Part shown: piece after piece, positions 7,803 through 17,828 of the stretch | Numbering within the stretch: position 1 is the stretch's first letter | Layout of the letters: the number at the start of each line of letters is the position of its first letter | Source of the DNA: a bacterium | Lineage (GTDB): Bacteria; Bacillota_I; Bacilli_A; RF39; UBA660 | Length of the DNA: 58,640 bases | Assembly (NCBI GenBank): GCA_963661445.1 | Contig: CAVLCG010000001.1 | Span: 19,539 to 78,178, forward strand | Direction: 5' to 3' | Position numbers and translations under genes: made by a program | Notes under the pieces: generated by a model | Seen by the model: only the letters and a program-made list of their open reading frames with translations | Told to the model about the DNA's origin: nothing | Database searches by the model: none

Positions 7803-9194
7803 ATGAAATTATATAATACTAGAACAAGACAAGTTGAGGAGTTAAAACCTAAGAATGGTAACCTTATAAAAATGTATACTTGTGGCCCTACAGTTTATCA
7901 TTTTGCTCATATTGGTAATTTGAGAACTTATATATCAGAAGATATTTTAGAGAAAGGATTAAAGTATCTAGGATATGATGTTCAAAGAGTAATGAATATT
8001 ACTGATGTTGGTCACTTAGTAGGTGATGGTGATACTGGTGAAGATAAAATGCTTGTAGCTGCTAAAAGAGAACATAAGTCTTCGATGGAAATAGCTAAGT
8101 ATTATACAGATTGTTTCTTTACAGATTGTAAAAAACTAGGTATTAGAAAACCAGATGTAGTAACTCCTGCTACTGATCATATACCTATGTATATAAAAAT
8201 GATAGAAAAATTACTAGAAGATGGCTATGCTTATATTGCTAATGGTAATGTCTATTATGATACTTCAAAGTTTTCTAAATATTATGAATTATCAGGTAGA
8301 AATAAAGATGATTTATTAGTAGCAGTTAGAAATGATATAGAAGAAGATAATTCTAAACGTAATCCTTTTGACTTTGGACTATGGTTTACTAATTCTAAGT
8401 TTAATAACCAAGAGCTTAAATGGGATTCACCTTGGGGAGTAGGATATCCTGGTTGGCACATAGAGTGTTCTGGTATTTCAATTCAAGAACTAGGAGATTA
8501 TTTAGATATTCATTGTGGAGCAGAAGATGCTGTTTTTCCTCATCATACTAATGAAATTGCTCAGAGTGAAGCTTACCTTGGTCATAATTGGTGTGACTTT
8601 TGGGTACATATGGGATTTTTGAATGATAAAGGCGGAAAGATGAGTAAATCAAGAGGGGAATTTCTTACAGTATCCTTATTAGAAGAGAAAGGCTATAATC
8701 CGTTAAGTTATCGTTATTTATGTTTAAATTCTTATTATCATAATCAGTTGACTTTTAGTTATGAAATACTAGATGGAGCAGAAAATGCATATCTAAAGTT
8801 AAAGAGAAAAATAGCTAGTATTAAAGATGAAGGCGAATTAAATAATGATAAAATAACTAGTTATATTAGTAAATTTAAAGAAGCAATTAGTAATGATTTA
8901 AATTCTTCTAATATGATAACTTTATTGTATGATGTTTTAAAAGATGAAGAGTTATCGGGTAAGAGTAAATTATATTTGGTAGAAGATTTTGATAAAGTGT
9001 TATCATTGGATTTAATGAGTAGTGAAGAAGAAAATAGTCAAGATGATTCTTGGATAATTACTAAAATAGAAGAAAGAAGAAAAGCTAAGGAAGAAAAAGA
9101 CTATAAAAAGGCTGATGCAATACGTGATGAGTTGTTAGAACAAGGAATAATTTTAAAAGACGGTCGTGATGGTACAACTTTTGAAAGAAAGTAG
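7803..9194 (+). CDS. cysS: cysteine--tRNA ligase
   Basis: Class I motifs HIGN and KMSKS. The C-terminal DALR-like region reads KEEKDYKKADAIRDEL. Confidence 0.95.
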   Translation: MKLYNTRTRQVEELKPKNGNLIKMYTCGPTVYHFAHIGNLRTYISEDILEKGLKYLGYDVQRVMNITDVGHLVGDGDTGEDKMLVAAKREHKSSMEIAKYYTDCFFTDCKKLGIRKPDVVTPATDHIPMYIKMIEKLLEDGYAYIANGNVYYDTSKFSKYYELSGRNKDDLLVAVRNDIEEDNSKRNPFDFGLWFTNSKFNNQELKWDSPWGVGYPGWHIECSGISIQELGDYLDIHCGAEDAVFPHHTNEIAQSEAYLGHNWCDFWVHMGFLNDKGGKMSKSRGEFLTVSLLEEKGYNPLSYRYLCLNSYYHNQLTFSYEILDGAENAYLKLKRKIASIKDEGELNNDKITSYISKFKEAISNDLNSSNMITLLYDVLKDEELSGKSKLYLVEDFDKVLSLDLMSSEEENSQDDSWIITKIEERRKAKEEKDYKKADAIRDELLEQGIILKDGRDGTTFERK

Positions 9195-9201
9195 GTTTTG
9201 A

Positions 9202-9882
9202 ATGGAAGTATATCAAATAATTAGTTTAGTAGTTTTAATTGTTATAATTATTTATTCAGCAGTATTATCAGTAATATACTATGTAAGAAGTTATAAGAGT
9301 AAAAAGATAGATGCTAGTAATAAAAGTGGTAAAGAAATAGTTGCATCTATCTTAGCTAAGTATAATTTAAAAGATATAAAGATAGAAAAAATAGATGGCA
9401 GTGATAGATATTTCTATACTGAAGATACTGTTTACTTATCTAAAGATATCTATGAAGGTAAAAGTATTTATGATGTAGCAGTTAGTGGTTATCTTGTCTC
9501 ATCTTTTATTAAGAATAATGAATCTAAACATTTAATTAGAGTTTTATCAAATTTATATTCATTTTTAGATTTTACTATATTGTTTAGTTATGCTATTGTC
9601 ATTCTAGGACTAAGTTTTGAAATAAGTAATCTTATTTGGATAGGTGTTTATCTTCTTATTTTTGCTTTCATAAGTAACATATGCTTATATATTAAAGAAA
9701 GAAAATTAATAAATGATACTGTTAATATATTAAGACATGAAGAGATTATTAATACTACTTTAAAAGAAAAAACTACTAAGATGTTATTTTCTATAGTAAG
9801 TTTATCAGTAGCTTCCCTAGTTTTTAAAGTGACTTCTTTTTTTCAAAAAGCAATATATATAATAATAAATGATGAGGAGTAG
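9202..9882 (+). CDS. YugP-family (Zn_peptidase_2-like) membrane protein lacking the HExxH motif
   Basis: The N-terminal TM helix, 'GKEIVASILAKYNLKDIKIE...VYLSKDIYEGKSIYDVAVSGYLVSS' and C-terminal TM helices align with B. subtilis YugP from memory. GYLVS replaces HEAGH. Confidence 0.55.
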   Translation: MEVYQIISLVVLIVIIIYSAVLSVIYYVRSYKSKKIDASNKSGKEIVASILAKYNLKDIKIEKIDGSDRYFYTEDTVYLSKDIYEGKSIYDVAVSGYLVSSFIKNNESKHLIRVLSNLYSFLDFTILFSYAIVILGLSFEISNLIWIGVYLLIFAFISNICLYIKERKLINDTVNILRHEEIINTTLKEKTTKMLFSIVSLSVASLVFKVTSFFQKAIYIIINDEE

Positions 9883-9886
9883 AATT

Positions 9887-10261
9887 ATGAATTTAAAAGA
9901 AATTAATCCTTTAGTTTTAGCTTATCTAGGTGATAGTGTTTATGAAACTTATATAAGACTTTTTCTAGTTAAGAAAAAGATACCTAATATTGGTAGTCTA
10001 CAAAAAGAATCTCTTTCTTATGTAACTGCTAAAAGTCAAGCTTCTATACTTACTAAGTTGATTGATGACAACTTTTTTAATGAGGAAGAACTTACTATAA
10101 TACGAAGGGCTAGAAATACAAAAGGACATAAACCACCTAAAGGTTGTGACTTAGCAACTTATCATTTTGCTACGGCTTTTGAAGCTGTAATTGGTTATTT
10201 ATATTTAAAAGGTGATAATGAAAAAATTAAGAATCTAATGGAAAAGATAGAAATGGAGTAG
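9887..10261 (+). CDS. mrnC: mini-ribonuclease 3
   Basis: LAYLGDSVYE RNase III-like signature, about 125 aa, in the conserved position after cysS. GAGGAG RBS before the ATG at 9887. Confidence 0.88.
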   Translation: MNLKEINPLVLAYLGDSVYETYIRLFLVKKKIPNIGSLQKESLSYVTAKSQASILTKLIDDNFFNEEELTIIRRARNTKGHKPPKGCDLATYHFATAFEAVIGYLYLKGDNEKIKNLMEKIEME

Positions 10262-10263
10262 TT

Positions 10264-10965
10264 ATGATAGTATATGGTTATAATGTGGCAGAAGCTATAT
10301 TAAAAAAAGAAAAAAACTGCAAAAAAATCCGAAAAATCGTAATTCAGGATAGTATGATGGGCAAATTTGCTAAATTGCTGCCTGAAAACGTTAAATCTAG
10401 GACCTTTTATGCCTCAAAAAGCGAAATTGACTTTTTGTCAAAAGGATTACATCAAGGTATAATGATAGACATGGACTACTCATACTGTTCATTGAATGAA
10501 CTTTTGAAGAAGAATCCAGAAAATATTATTATTCTTGATCATTTAGAAGATCCACATAATCTAGGAGCGATTATTAGAACAGCAGCTGCTTCTTCCTTTG
10601 ATGGTGTTATTATTCCTAAGGATAGAGAGGTTGGTGTTACTAGTACAGTAGTAAAAGCTAGTGTAGGTACTATTTTTGATATGGATGTTGTTCAAGTTAC
10701 AAATATTAAAAATACAATCGAAGAATTAAAAAAAGAAGGCTTTTGGATAGTAGGTACTAGTATGAATGGGAGTGACTATCGCCAGATAGATTATAGTGGA
10801 AAAATAGCTCTTGTTATTGGTAATGAAGGGAAAGGAATGAGCAAGTTAGTAACAGATTCATGTGATTTTCTAGCTAGTATTCCTATTGCTTCAAATGTAG
10901 AAAGCTTAAATGCTTCTGTGGCAGCAGGTATTATGATGTATGAGGTAGTTCGAAATAGAAAGTAG
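10264..10965 (+). CDS. rlmB: 23S rRNA (guanosine-2'-O)-methyltransferase, TrmH/SpoU family (RlmB/YacO)
   Basis: SpoU motifs LDHLEDPHNLGAIIRTA, ALVIGNEGKGMS and IPIASNVESLNASVAAG. It follows mrnC as in Bacillus. Confidence 0.9.
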   Translation: MIVYGYNVAEAILKKEKNCKKIRKIVIQDSMMGKFAKLLPENVKSRTFYASKSEIDFLSKGLHQGIMIDMDYSYCSLNELLKKNPENIIILDHLEDPHNLGAIIRTAAASSFDGVIIPKDREVGVTSTVVKASVGTIFDMDVVQVTNIKNTIEELKKEGFWIVGTSMNGSDYRQIDYSGKIALVIGNEGKGMSKLVTDSCDFLASIPIASNVESLNASVAAGIMMYEVVRNRK

Positions 10966-10970
10966 GTACT

Positions 10971-11576
10971 ATGAAATACTATAATGATTACGAACTTCTT
11001 TATCTTATTAATGAAAATGATGAAATAGCTAAAGATATATTAAAGAGAAAATATGCTCCTTTAATTTATGAAAAGTCTAAGGAATATTATCAAAGAAATC
11101 ATTATGATATTCCTTCTTTTTCGTTTGATGAATTAATAAATTTAGGAAATAGTGTGTTGTTAAGAGCCACTAAAACTTATAATGAAAAAGAAAATGCTTT
11201 ATTTTATACTTATTTTATTACTTGTCTAACAAGAGAGTTTTCTCTTTATAAAAGAGGATTACTTGCTAAGAAAAATCAAATACTTTATAGTTTTCCACAT
11301 GATGTTAATTCCTATGAGATTAATGACTATGTTAAAGAAGAAGTTAAGTGGGATAATGACCCAAGTAAAGTTTGTGAAGAGAATGAACTGTTTGAGTTTA
11401 TTAAACAATATATGTATAAGCTTGAAGGATATGATAGAAAAGTATTTGAGTTAAGATATAATGGATTTAAGTATAGAGAAATTGCAGAACTTTTAGAGTT
11501 ATCTACTACTACAGTAGGCAAAATAGTAGAAAAACTCAAAAAAAGTTTACAACAAGAATTGAAAAAAGAATGGTAA
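10971..11576 (+). CDS. sigH: sigma-70 family RNA polymerase sigma factor, SigH-like by position
   Basis: Region 2-like N-terminus and a region 4 HTH (YREIAELLELSTTTVGKIVEKLKK). It sits directly after rlmB, where sigH lies in Bacillus (there yacP intervenes). Confidence 0.7.
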   Translation: MKYYNDYELLYLINENDEIAKDILKRKYAPLIYEKSKEYYQRNHYDIPSFSFDELINLGNSVLLRATKTYNEKENALFYTYFITCLTREFSLYKRGLLAKKNQILYSFPHDVNSYEINDYVKEEVKWDNDPSKVCEENELFEFIKQYMYKLEGYDRKVFELRYNGFKYREIAELLELSTTTVGKIVEKLKKSLQQELKKEW

Positions 11577-11606
11577 TAGAGTAAAATTAAGATAGGGTGA
11601 GTGTAT

Positions 11607-12248
11607 ATGATGAGAGTATTGTTGAAAGATTATATGAATTCCTATCATGATGTTAAAGATTATCAGCAGACATTTTATGCGATGGATCAAACTCTTAAAT
11701 ATATACATGAAAATAATTATCAGGTATACTCATTTAATCCTGAAGCGATTACTCTCTTTAAAGATGATAATAATAAAACGGCTTCAGTAGTTTATCAGAA
11801 TGTAACTAGTCTAGGTGATAAACCTTTAGATGAAGTTCATCAGAATATGTTTAATTTAGCACTATTAGAGGTGGCTATTTATACATCTACCTATCCTTAT
11901 TTGAAACAAGATTTTTTAAGAGAAAATTTTAAAGAGATATCTATGTTGTTACCTAGTGAAGACATTGCTTATTATAGAAGAAACTTATTAGAGAAAAACT
12001 ATTTCTATTATAGTGATTATTGTAATGCTAGAAATAAAAATGAGATAGAAAAAATAAATAAGAGTCTAGAGTCTGATTGTGGAAAAGGTAGAAAGATGGT
12101 TAAGTCTACTCCTTATGGTGCTATGTATCAGGATTTAGGAGAAGATAATAATAAAGCTGCCTTTGTAACTAGATTTATTCTTCCGTTTATTATTATTTCT
12201 CTTAGCTTATTAATACCTCTATTATCAATTGTATTAGCAAATAAATAA
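11607..12248 (+). CDS. hypothetical tail-anchored membrane protein
   Basis: Soluble domain of about 185 aa with a single C-terminal TM helix (FILPFIIISLSLLIPLLSIVLA). No motif recognised. Start uncertain (GTG 11601, ATG 11607 or ATG 11610). Confidence 0.6.
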   Translation: MMRVLLKDYMNSYHDVKDYQQTFYAMDQTLKYIHENNYQVYSFNPEAITLFKDDNNKTASVVYQNVTSLGDKPLDEVHQNMFNLALLEVAIYTSTYPYLKQDFLRENFKEISMLLPSEDIAYYRRNLLEKNYFYYSDYCNARNKNEIEKINKSLESDCGKGRKMVKSTPYGAMYQDLGEDNNKAAFVTRFILPFIIISLSLLIPLLSIVLANK

Positions 12249-12272
12249 AGTTCTCATGAGGGAACTTTTTTT
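12249..12272 (+). terminator. rho-independent terminator
   Basis: AGTTCTC-ATGA-GGGAACT followed by T7. Confidence 0.75.
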
Positions 12273-12318
12273 CAGGTATATATAGTATTATATTTCAATA
12301 GAATAATTATTTTGCAAT

Positions 12319-12341
12319 AAAAAACCTTACCATTGGTAAGG
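12319..12341 (-). terminator. rho-independent terminator of hup
   Basis: CCTTACC-ATT-GGTAAGG followed by T6 on the minus strand. Confidence 0.75.
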
Positions 12342-12354
12342 AATTTTAACTTTA

Positions 12355-12630
12355 TTATTTATTAACAGCTTCTTTTAAAGCAGTTCCAGCTTTAAATCCA
12401 ACACTCTTGCTAGCTGCGATTTGGATTGTAGCACCTGTTTGAGGGTTACGTCCTTCGCGAGCTGCACGTTCAGAGATTTTGAATACACCAAAACCAGCTA
12501 CAGATACTTTATTTCCGTTTACAAGTTCATCTTTGAATAAATCAAATGTTGCAGTGAAAACCTTTTCAACATCAGATTTACTTAAACCTGTAGTACTAGC
12601 GATAGCTTCTATCATTTCAGACTTTTTCAT
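12355..12630 (-). CDS. hup: DNA-binding protein HU
   Basis: 91 aa with the canonical GFGVFKISERAAREGRNPQTG arm. Confidence 0.95.
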   Translation of the reverse strand: MKKSEMIEAIASTTGLSKSDVEKVFTATFDLFKDELVNGNKVSVAGFGVFKISERAAREGRNPQTGATIQIAASKSVGFKAGTALKEAVNK

Positions 12631-12899
12631 TGTTTCACCTCCTGTACTGTCTAATTCATTATAGCATATATTTTTTAGAAAAGTATACGATTAATGGGCA
12701 AAATTTACATTTTTCTTTATTATTTCAACGAAAATAGGTTATATATAGAAAATATGTTTGATTATATTGATTAAATATGTTATAGTATGGATGTATTAAT
12801 TCCTATTATGAGTGAAATTATGGGAGTTTTTAACAAATTAATAAAATTCTTTTATTTTTCAAAAAAAGTGTTATACTAACAACGAAATGAGGTGTTACT

Positions 12900-15707
12900 A
12901 TGGATAAAATAGTAGTGAAAGGTGCAAGAGAGAATAATTTAAAAAATGTAAATATTGAACTTCCTAAGAATAAATTGATTGTTATGACTGGACTTTCTGG
13001 TAGTGGGAAAAGTTCATTAGCATTTGATACAATTTATGCGGAAGGACAAAGAAGATATGTAGAGAGCTTGTCAGCTTATGCTAGACAGTTTTTAGGTGGC
13101 AGTGAAAAACCAGATGTTGATTCTATTGAAGGATTATCACCTGCTATTAGTATTGATCAGAAAACAACTAATAAGAATCCACGTAGTACTGTTGGTACAG
13201 TAACAGAAATATATGATTATTTAAGATTGTTGTTTGCTAGAGTAGGTACACCATATTGTCCGACACATAATATTCCAATAAAAAGCCAAAGTGTAGAAGA
13301 AATTGCTAATAAAATATTAGAATATCCAGTTGGTACAAAAATAGTTTTATTAGCACCAGCTGTTTATGGAGAAAAGGGTACACATAAAGAATTACTTGCA
13401 GATTTAATGAGTGAAGGTTATATTAGAGTTCGTATTAATGGTGAGATGTATGATTTGTCTGATAAAATAGAACTAGATAAAAATAAAAAAGATAATATTG
13501 AAGTAGTTGTAGATAGATTAGTCTTAAAGGAAGATATAAGAAGTCGTTTAAGTGAAGGATTAGAAAATGCTTTAAAACTAGGACATGGTAAAGTAGTTGT
13601 ACAATTTAACTTATCAAAAGAATTAGTCTTCTCTGAAGATTTTGCTTGTCCTTATTGTGACTTTTCTTTACCAGAACTAGAACCTAGAATCTTTAGTTTC
13701 AATGCTCCTTATGGTGCTTGTGAAGAATGTAAAGGACTAGGAGTAAAATTACAAATGGACCCTGATCTAGTAATACCAAATAAAGATTTAAGTCTAGAAG
13801 AGGGGGCTATTGTAACATTAGGTGATGACACCGATGGAATTTATTATAAGAAGTTAGAGTGTCTTTGTAAGCATTATAAGATAAGTACTAAAAAGGCTTT
13901 TAAGAAATTAACTGATAGAGAAAAAGAGTTAATTTTATATGGCAGTGATGAACCTATTTTATTTGATTATAGGTCAAAGAGTGGTAATCATTTTCATCAA
14001 GTAGATTATTATGAAGGTATAATCAATAACTTAGAGAGAAGATATATGGAAACATCTAGTACTTGGATTAGAGAATGGTTAGAAAAATTTATGATAGAGC
14101 ATACTTGTGAAGCTTGTAAAGGTTCTAGACTAAAAGATAATGTTTTATCAGTATTAATTGGTGGAAAGAATATTTATGAATTAACTTGTATGAGTATAAA
14201 AGATTTAATACCTTTTTTTACAGAACTTAAACTTAGTGAAGAACAATTAAAAATTGCTGATTTGTTATTAAAAGAAATATTATCTAGATTAACCTTCCTA
14301 AAAAATGTTGGTCTTGAGTATTTAACATTAGCAAGAAGTGCTGCTACCTTGTCTGGTGGAGAGGCTCAGAGAATTAGACTAGCTACTCAGATAGGCTCTA
14401 GATTAACTGGAGTATTATATGTACTAGATGAACCAAGTATTGGTTTACATCAAAGAGATAATGACCGTTTAATTAAATCTTTACTTGATATGCGTGATTT
14501 AGGTAATACCTTAATTGTAGTAGAACACGATACTGATACTATGCTTGCTGCTGATTATTTGGTTGATGTTGGACCAAAAGCTGGTGATGAAGGTGGAAGA
14601 ATAGTAGCAGCTGGTACACCACAAGAAGTTATGCAAAATGATAAAAGTATAACTGGTAGATATTTAAGTGGAAAAGAATGTATTGAAATACCAAAAACAA
14701 GAAGAAAAGGTACTGGTAAATATATTACTATTAAAGGAGCAAGAGAAAATAACTTAAAGAATATTACTGCTAAGATACCTCTTGGTACCTTTACTTGTAT
14801 AACCGGAGTAAGTGGTAGTGGAAAGAGTACTTTAATTAATGAAATACTAGTTAAGAGTGCAATGAATTATGTTTATCATAGTAAGAATAAACCAGGACAA
14901 CATGATAAAATACTAGGACTTGAAAATATAGATAAGATAGTAGATATATCACAAACACCAATTGGGCGTACACCTAGAAGTAACCCGGCTACTTATACAG
15001 GAGTATTTGATGATATTAGAGATTTATTTACTACTACTAAAGAAGCTAAGATGCTTGGTTATGAAAAAAATAGATTTTCCTTTAATGTAAAGGGAGGAAG
15101 ATGTGAAGCTTGTCGTGGTGATGGTGTAAAGAAAATTGAAATGCACTTTTTACCAGATGTTTACGTTCCTTGTGAAGTTTGTCATGGAACTCGTTATAAT
15201 CAAGAGACTTTAAAAATAAAATATAAGGAGAAGAATATCGCTGATGTTTTAGATATGCGAGTACATGAAGCGTTAAAATTCTTTGAAAATCATAGTAAAA
15301 TTAAGAATAAACTTCAAGTCTTGGAAGACGTTGGATTAGGTTATGTAAAATTAGGACAAAGTGCTCCTACATTATCAGGTGGAGAAGCAGAAAGAGTAAA
15401 ACTTGCTAAGGAATTACAGAAAAAAGCGACTGGAAAAACACTATTTGTTTTAGATGAACCAACTACTGGTCTTCATACTGATGATATAAAGAGGTTGCTT
15501 GCAATTTTACAAAAAATAGTAGATAATAATGATACAGTAATAGTAATAGAACACAACTTAGATGTTATAAAATGTGCTGATTATATTATTGATTTAGGAA
15601 AAGAAGGTGGAGACTTAGGTGGTGAAATAATTGCTACTGGAACACCTGAAGATATTAGTAAAGAAAAGAATTCTTACACTGGACAATTCCTAAAAAAGAT
15701 TTTATAG
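12900..15707 (+). CDS. uvrA: excinuclease ABC subunit UvrA
   Basis: 935 aa. Two ABC modules ([34 protein letters not shown]) and zinc-finger CxxC pairs. Confidence 0.97.
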   Translation: MDKIVVKGARENNLKNVNIELPKNKLIVMTGLSGSGKSSLAFDTIYAEGQRRYVESLSAYARQFLGGSEKPDVDSIEGLSPAISIDQKTTNKNPRSTVGTVTEIYDYLRLLFARVGTPYCPTHNIPIKSQSVEEIANKILEYPVGTKIVLLAPAVYGEKGTHKELLADLMSEGYIRVRINGEMYDLSDKIELDKNKKDNIEVVVDRLVLKEDIRSRLSEGLENALKLGHGKVVVQFNLSKELVFSEDFACPYCDFSLPELEPRIFSFNAPYGACEECKGLGVKLQMDPDLVIPNKDLSLEEGAIVTLGDDTDGIYYKKLECLCKHYKISTKKAFKKLTDREKELILYGSDEPILFDYRSKSGNHFHQVDYYEGIINNLERRYMETSSTWIREWLEKFMIEHTCEACKGSRLKDNVLSVLIGGKNIYELTCMSIKDLIPFFTELKLSEEQLKIADLLLKEILSRLTFLKNVGLEYLTLARSAATLSGGEAQRIRLATQIGSRLTGVLYVLDEPSIGLHQRDNDRLIKSLLDMRDLGNTLIVVEHDTDTMLAADYLVDVGPKAGDEGGRIVAAGTPQEVMQNDKSITGRYLSGKECIEIPKTRRKGTGKYITIKGARENNLKNITAKIPLGTFTCITGVSGSGKSTLINEILVKSAMNYVYHSKNKPGQHDKILGLENIDKIVDISQTPIGRTPRSNPATYTGVFDDIRDLFTTTKEAKMLGYEKNRFSFNVKGGRCEACRGDGVKKIEMHFLPDVYVPCEVCHGTRYNQETLKIKYKEKNIADVLDMRVHEALKFFENHSKIKNKLQVLEDVGLGYVKLGQSAPTLSGGEAERVKLAKELQKKATGKTLFVLDEPTTGLHTDDIKRLLAILQKIVDNNDTVIVIEHNLDVIKCADYIIDLGKEGGDLGGEIIATGTPEDISKEKNSYTGQFLKKIL

Positions 15708-15717
15708 GAGGATAAAG

Positions 15718-16143
15718 ATGAAAATTGTTATCTTATCAAAAGGAAAAGAAAGACTAAATAGATTTATAGAGTGGTTATTATATTTTATATCTTACTCTTT
15801 AGTCTTTATTATAGTAGGTAGTTTTTTTAAATCATTTTATATAGATAGTGCTCATCCATTACTATATAGTATACTAGCTACTTTTATTCTCTATATCTTG
15901 AATAAAACTGTTAAACCAATATTAGTTAGTTTAACTATACCTATAACAGGTGTTACCTTAGGATTATTTTATCCATTTATTAACCTATTTATCTTAAAAT
16001 TAGTTGATTGGATACTTGGTAGCCACTTTGATTTAAAGGACTTTTGGGTAGCTTTAGTTATTTCTATTCTTATCTCTGTAATGAATTTTGTAATGGAAGA
16101 TATAGTTATAAAACCATTAATCAGGAGATTCAAACATGAATAG
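15718..16143 (+). CDS. phage holin family 4 / DUF360 (YvlD-like) membrane protein
   Basis: 141 aa with 4 TM helices. 'VKPILVSLTIPITGVTLGLFYPFINLFILKL' is the typical core of this family. Confidence 0.7.
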   Translation: MKIVILSKGKERLNRFIEWLLYFISYSLVFIIVGSFFKSFYIDSAHPLLYSILATFILYILNKTVKPILVSLTIPITGVTLGLFYPFINLFILKLVDWILGSHFDLKDFWVALVISILISVMNFVMEDIVIKPLIRRFKHE

Positions 16144-16948
16144 GATAGCATTAGACTTAGGTTTTATTAAGATTTATTACTATACAATTTTCATCTTGTT
16201 AGCTATTATTTCTGCTACATACTTAATAGTGAAAGAAGCTAAAAAACAAAATATAGATAAAGAGTTTTTAATAAATACTATTTACTATGTAATAATATTT
16301 GGTATATTGGGAGCAAGACTATACTATGTAATATTTGAATGGGATTATTATGTTAAAAATCCTTTAGAAATATTTGCTATTTGGCATGGCGGACTTGCCA
16401 TTCATGGTGGAATAATAGCAGGACTAATCTTTATTCTATATTATTGTCATAAAAATAAAGTTTCTAATCTAAAATTTTTAGATATGGTAGTAGTAGGACT
16501 AATTCTAGCACAAGCTATTGGTAGATGGGGCAATTTCTTTAATCAGGAAGCCTATGGTGCTATAACTACTAAACAAGAACTTATTAATATGCATATACCT
16601 CAATTTATTATAAAAGGAATGCATATAGATGGAAACTATTATCAGCCTACTTTTTTATATGAATCTATCTTAGATTTGTTAGGATTTGTAATATTATTTT
16701 TAACCCGTCTTTATCCATATCTTAAAGTTGGTTTTTTAACTGGATTATATTTGATTTGGTATGGAGCAACTAGGTTTTTTGTTGAAGGAATGAGGTCAGA
16801 TAGTTTGATGCTAGGACCTTTAAAAATGGCTCAGATAGTTTCCATCATAATGATAATTTGTGGTATATATTTCTGTTTTATAAGAAATATAAAATCTAAG
16901 AGATTTGAAAATTTATATCAAGAGGGAGGAATTAGACATGAAGTATGA
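16136..16948 (+). CDS. lgt: prolipoprotein diacylglyceryl transferase
   Basis: GARLYYV, HGG and GRWGNFFNQEAYG signature motifs. Confidence 0.93.
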   Translation: MNRIALDLGFIKIYYYTIFILLAIISATYLIVKEAKKQNIDKEFLINTIYYVIIFGILGARLYYVIFEWDYYVKNPLEIFAIWHGGLAIHGGIIAGLIFILYYCHKNKVSNLKFLDMVVVGLILAQAIGRWGNFFNQEAYGAITTKQELINMHIPQFIIKGMHIDGNYYQPTFLYESILDLLGFVILFLTRLYPYLKVGFLTGLYLIWYGATRFFVEGMRSDSLMLGPLKMAQIVSIIMIICGIYFCFIRNIKSKRFENLYQEGGIRHEV

Positions 16949-17828
16949 AGTTGGTATAATAGGATGCGGAGTAGCAGGAATGACTGCTGCTATATATTTG
17001 AAAAGAAGTGGCATATCCTGTGCTATATTTGAGTCATCAATGCCAGGTGGACAAATAGTAGCAAACGATAAAATAGAAAATTATCCTGGATTTTCTAAGA
17101 TATCTGGTAGTGATTTAGCTATTTCTATTTTAAATCAGGTTAAAGAGTTAGAAATACCTGTTATTTTTGAAAAAGTTGAAAAAATGGATAATAAAGGAGT
17201 AGAAAAAGAGATAGTTACAGATAAAAATACTTATTCTACTTTAAGAATTATAATAGCAACAGGCAGAAAATCTAAGAAACTTAATGTATTATTTGAAGAT
17301 AAGTATCTCAATCATGGACTTAGCTTTTGTGCTGTTTGTGATGGTAGTTTATATAAAGATAAAGACGTAGTGGTAGTAGGTGGCGGAGATAGTGCCTTAG
17401 AGTCTGCTATTTATCTTAGTCCTATAGTAAAAAGTGTAACTATTCTTCATAGACGAGATAAGCTTAGAGCTAAAAAGAGTCTTGTAAATAAAGCTGAAAA
17501 ATTAGAGAATGTTTCTTTTAGACTTGGTGAAGTATTGTCTTTTATTGGAGAAGATAATTTAGAAGGAGTTAAATTAAAGAGCGAAGAAGTAATTGATTGT
17601 GAAGCTGTGTTCATTTGTATTGGTCAAACTCCTAATACTGAGTTTTTAAAGAATTTAAACATTTTATCAAAAGATTCTTATATAGAGGTAGATGATAATT
17701 TTGAAACTAAGCAGAAGGGTATTTATGCAGTAGGAGATTGTGTTTTTAAACCACATTATCAAATTGTTATTGCTATGAGTGAAGCGGCAAGATGTGCCTT
17801 AAGAGTAAGGGAGGATATTCATGAATAA
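16938..17828 (+). CDS. trxB: thioredoxin-disulfide reductase
   Basis: GIIGCGVAGMTAA FAD-binding site, redox-active CAVCDG, GGGDSALE and HRRDKLRA NADPH-binding site. Start at the ATG at 16938 after a GGGAGG RBS. It overlaps the lgt end and the yvcK start. Confidence 0.9.
   Translation: MKYEVGIIGCGVAGMTAAIYLKRSGISCAIFESSMPGGQIVANDKIENYPGFSKISGSDLAISILNQVKELEIPVIFEKVEKMDNKGVEKEIVTDKNTYSTLRIIIATGRKSKKLNVLFEDKYLNHGLSFCAVCDGSLYKDKDVVVVGGGDSALESAIYLSPIVKSVTILHRRDKLRAKKSLVNKAEKLENVSFRLGEVLSFIGEDNLEGVKLKSEEVIDCEAVFICIGQTPNTEFLKNLNILSKDSYIEVDDNFETKQKGIYAVGDCVFKPHYQIVIAMSEAARCALRVREDIHE

Noticed and set aside
12631-12899. LexA/DinR SOS box upstream of uvrA, and a 29-codon mini-ORF (about 12791-12880)
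   Set aside because: I found no GAAC-N4-GTTC-type palindrome in the spacer; the closest is CGAAAATAGGTT. The mini-ORF has no RBS. The region is better explained by promoters (TTGATT-17-TATAGT, and TGTTATACT).
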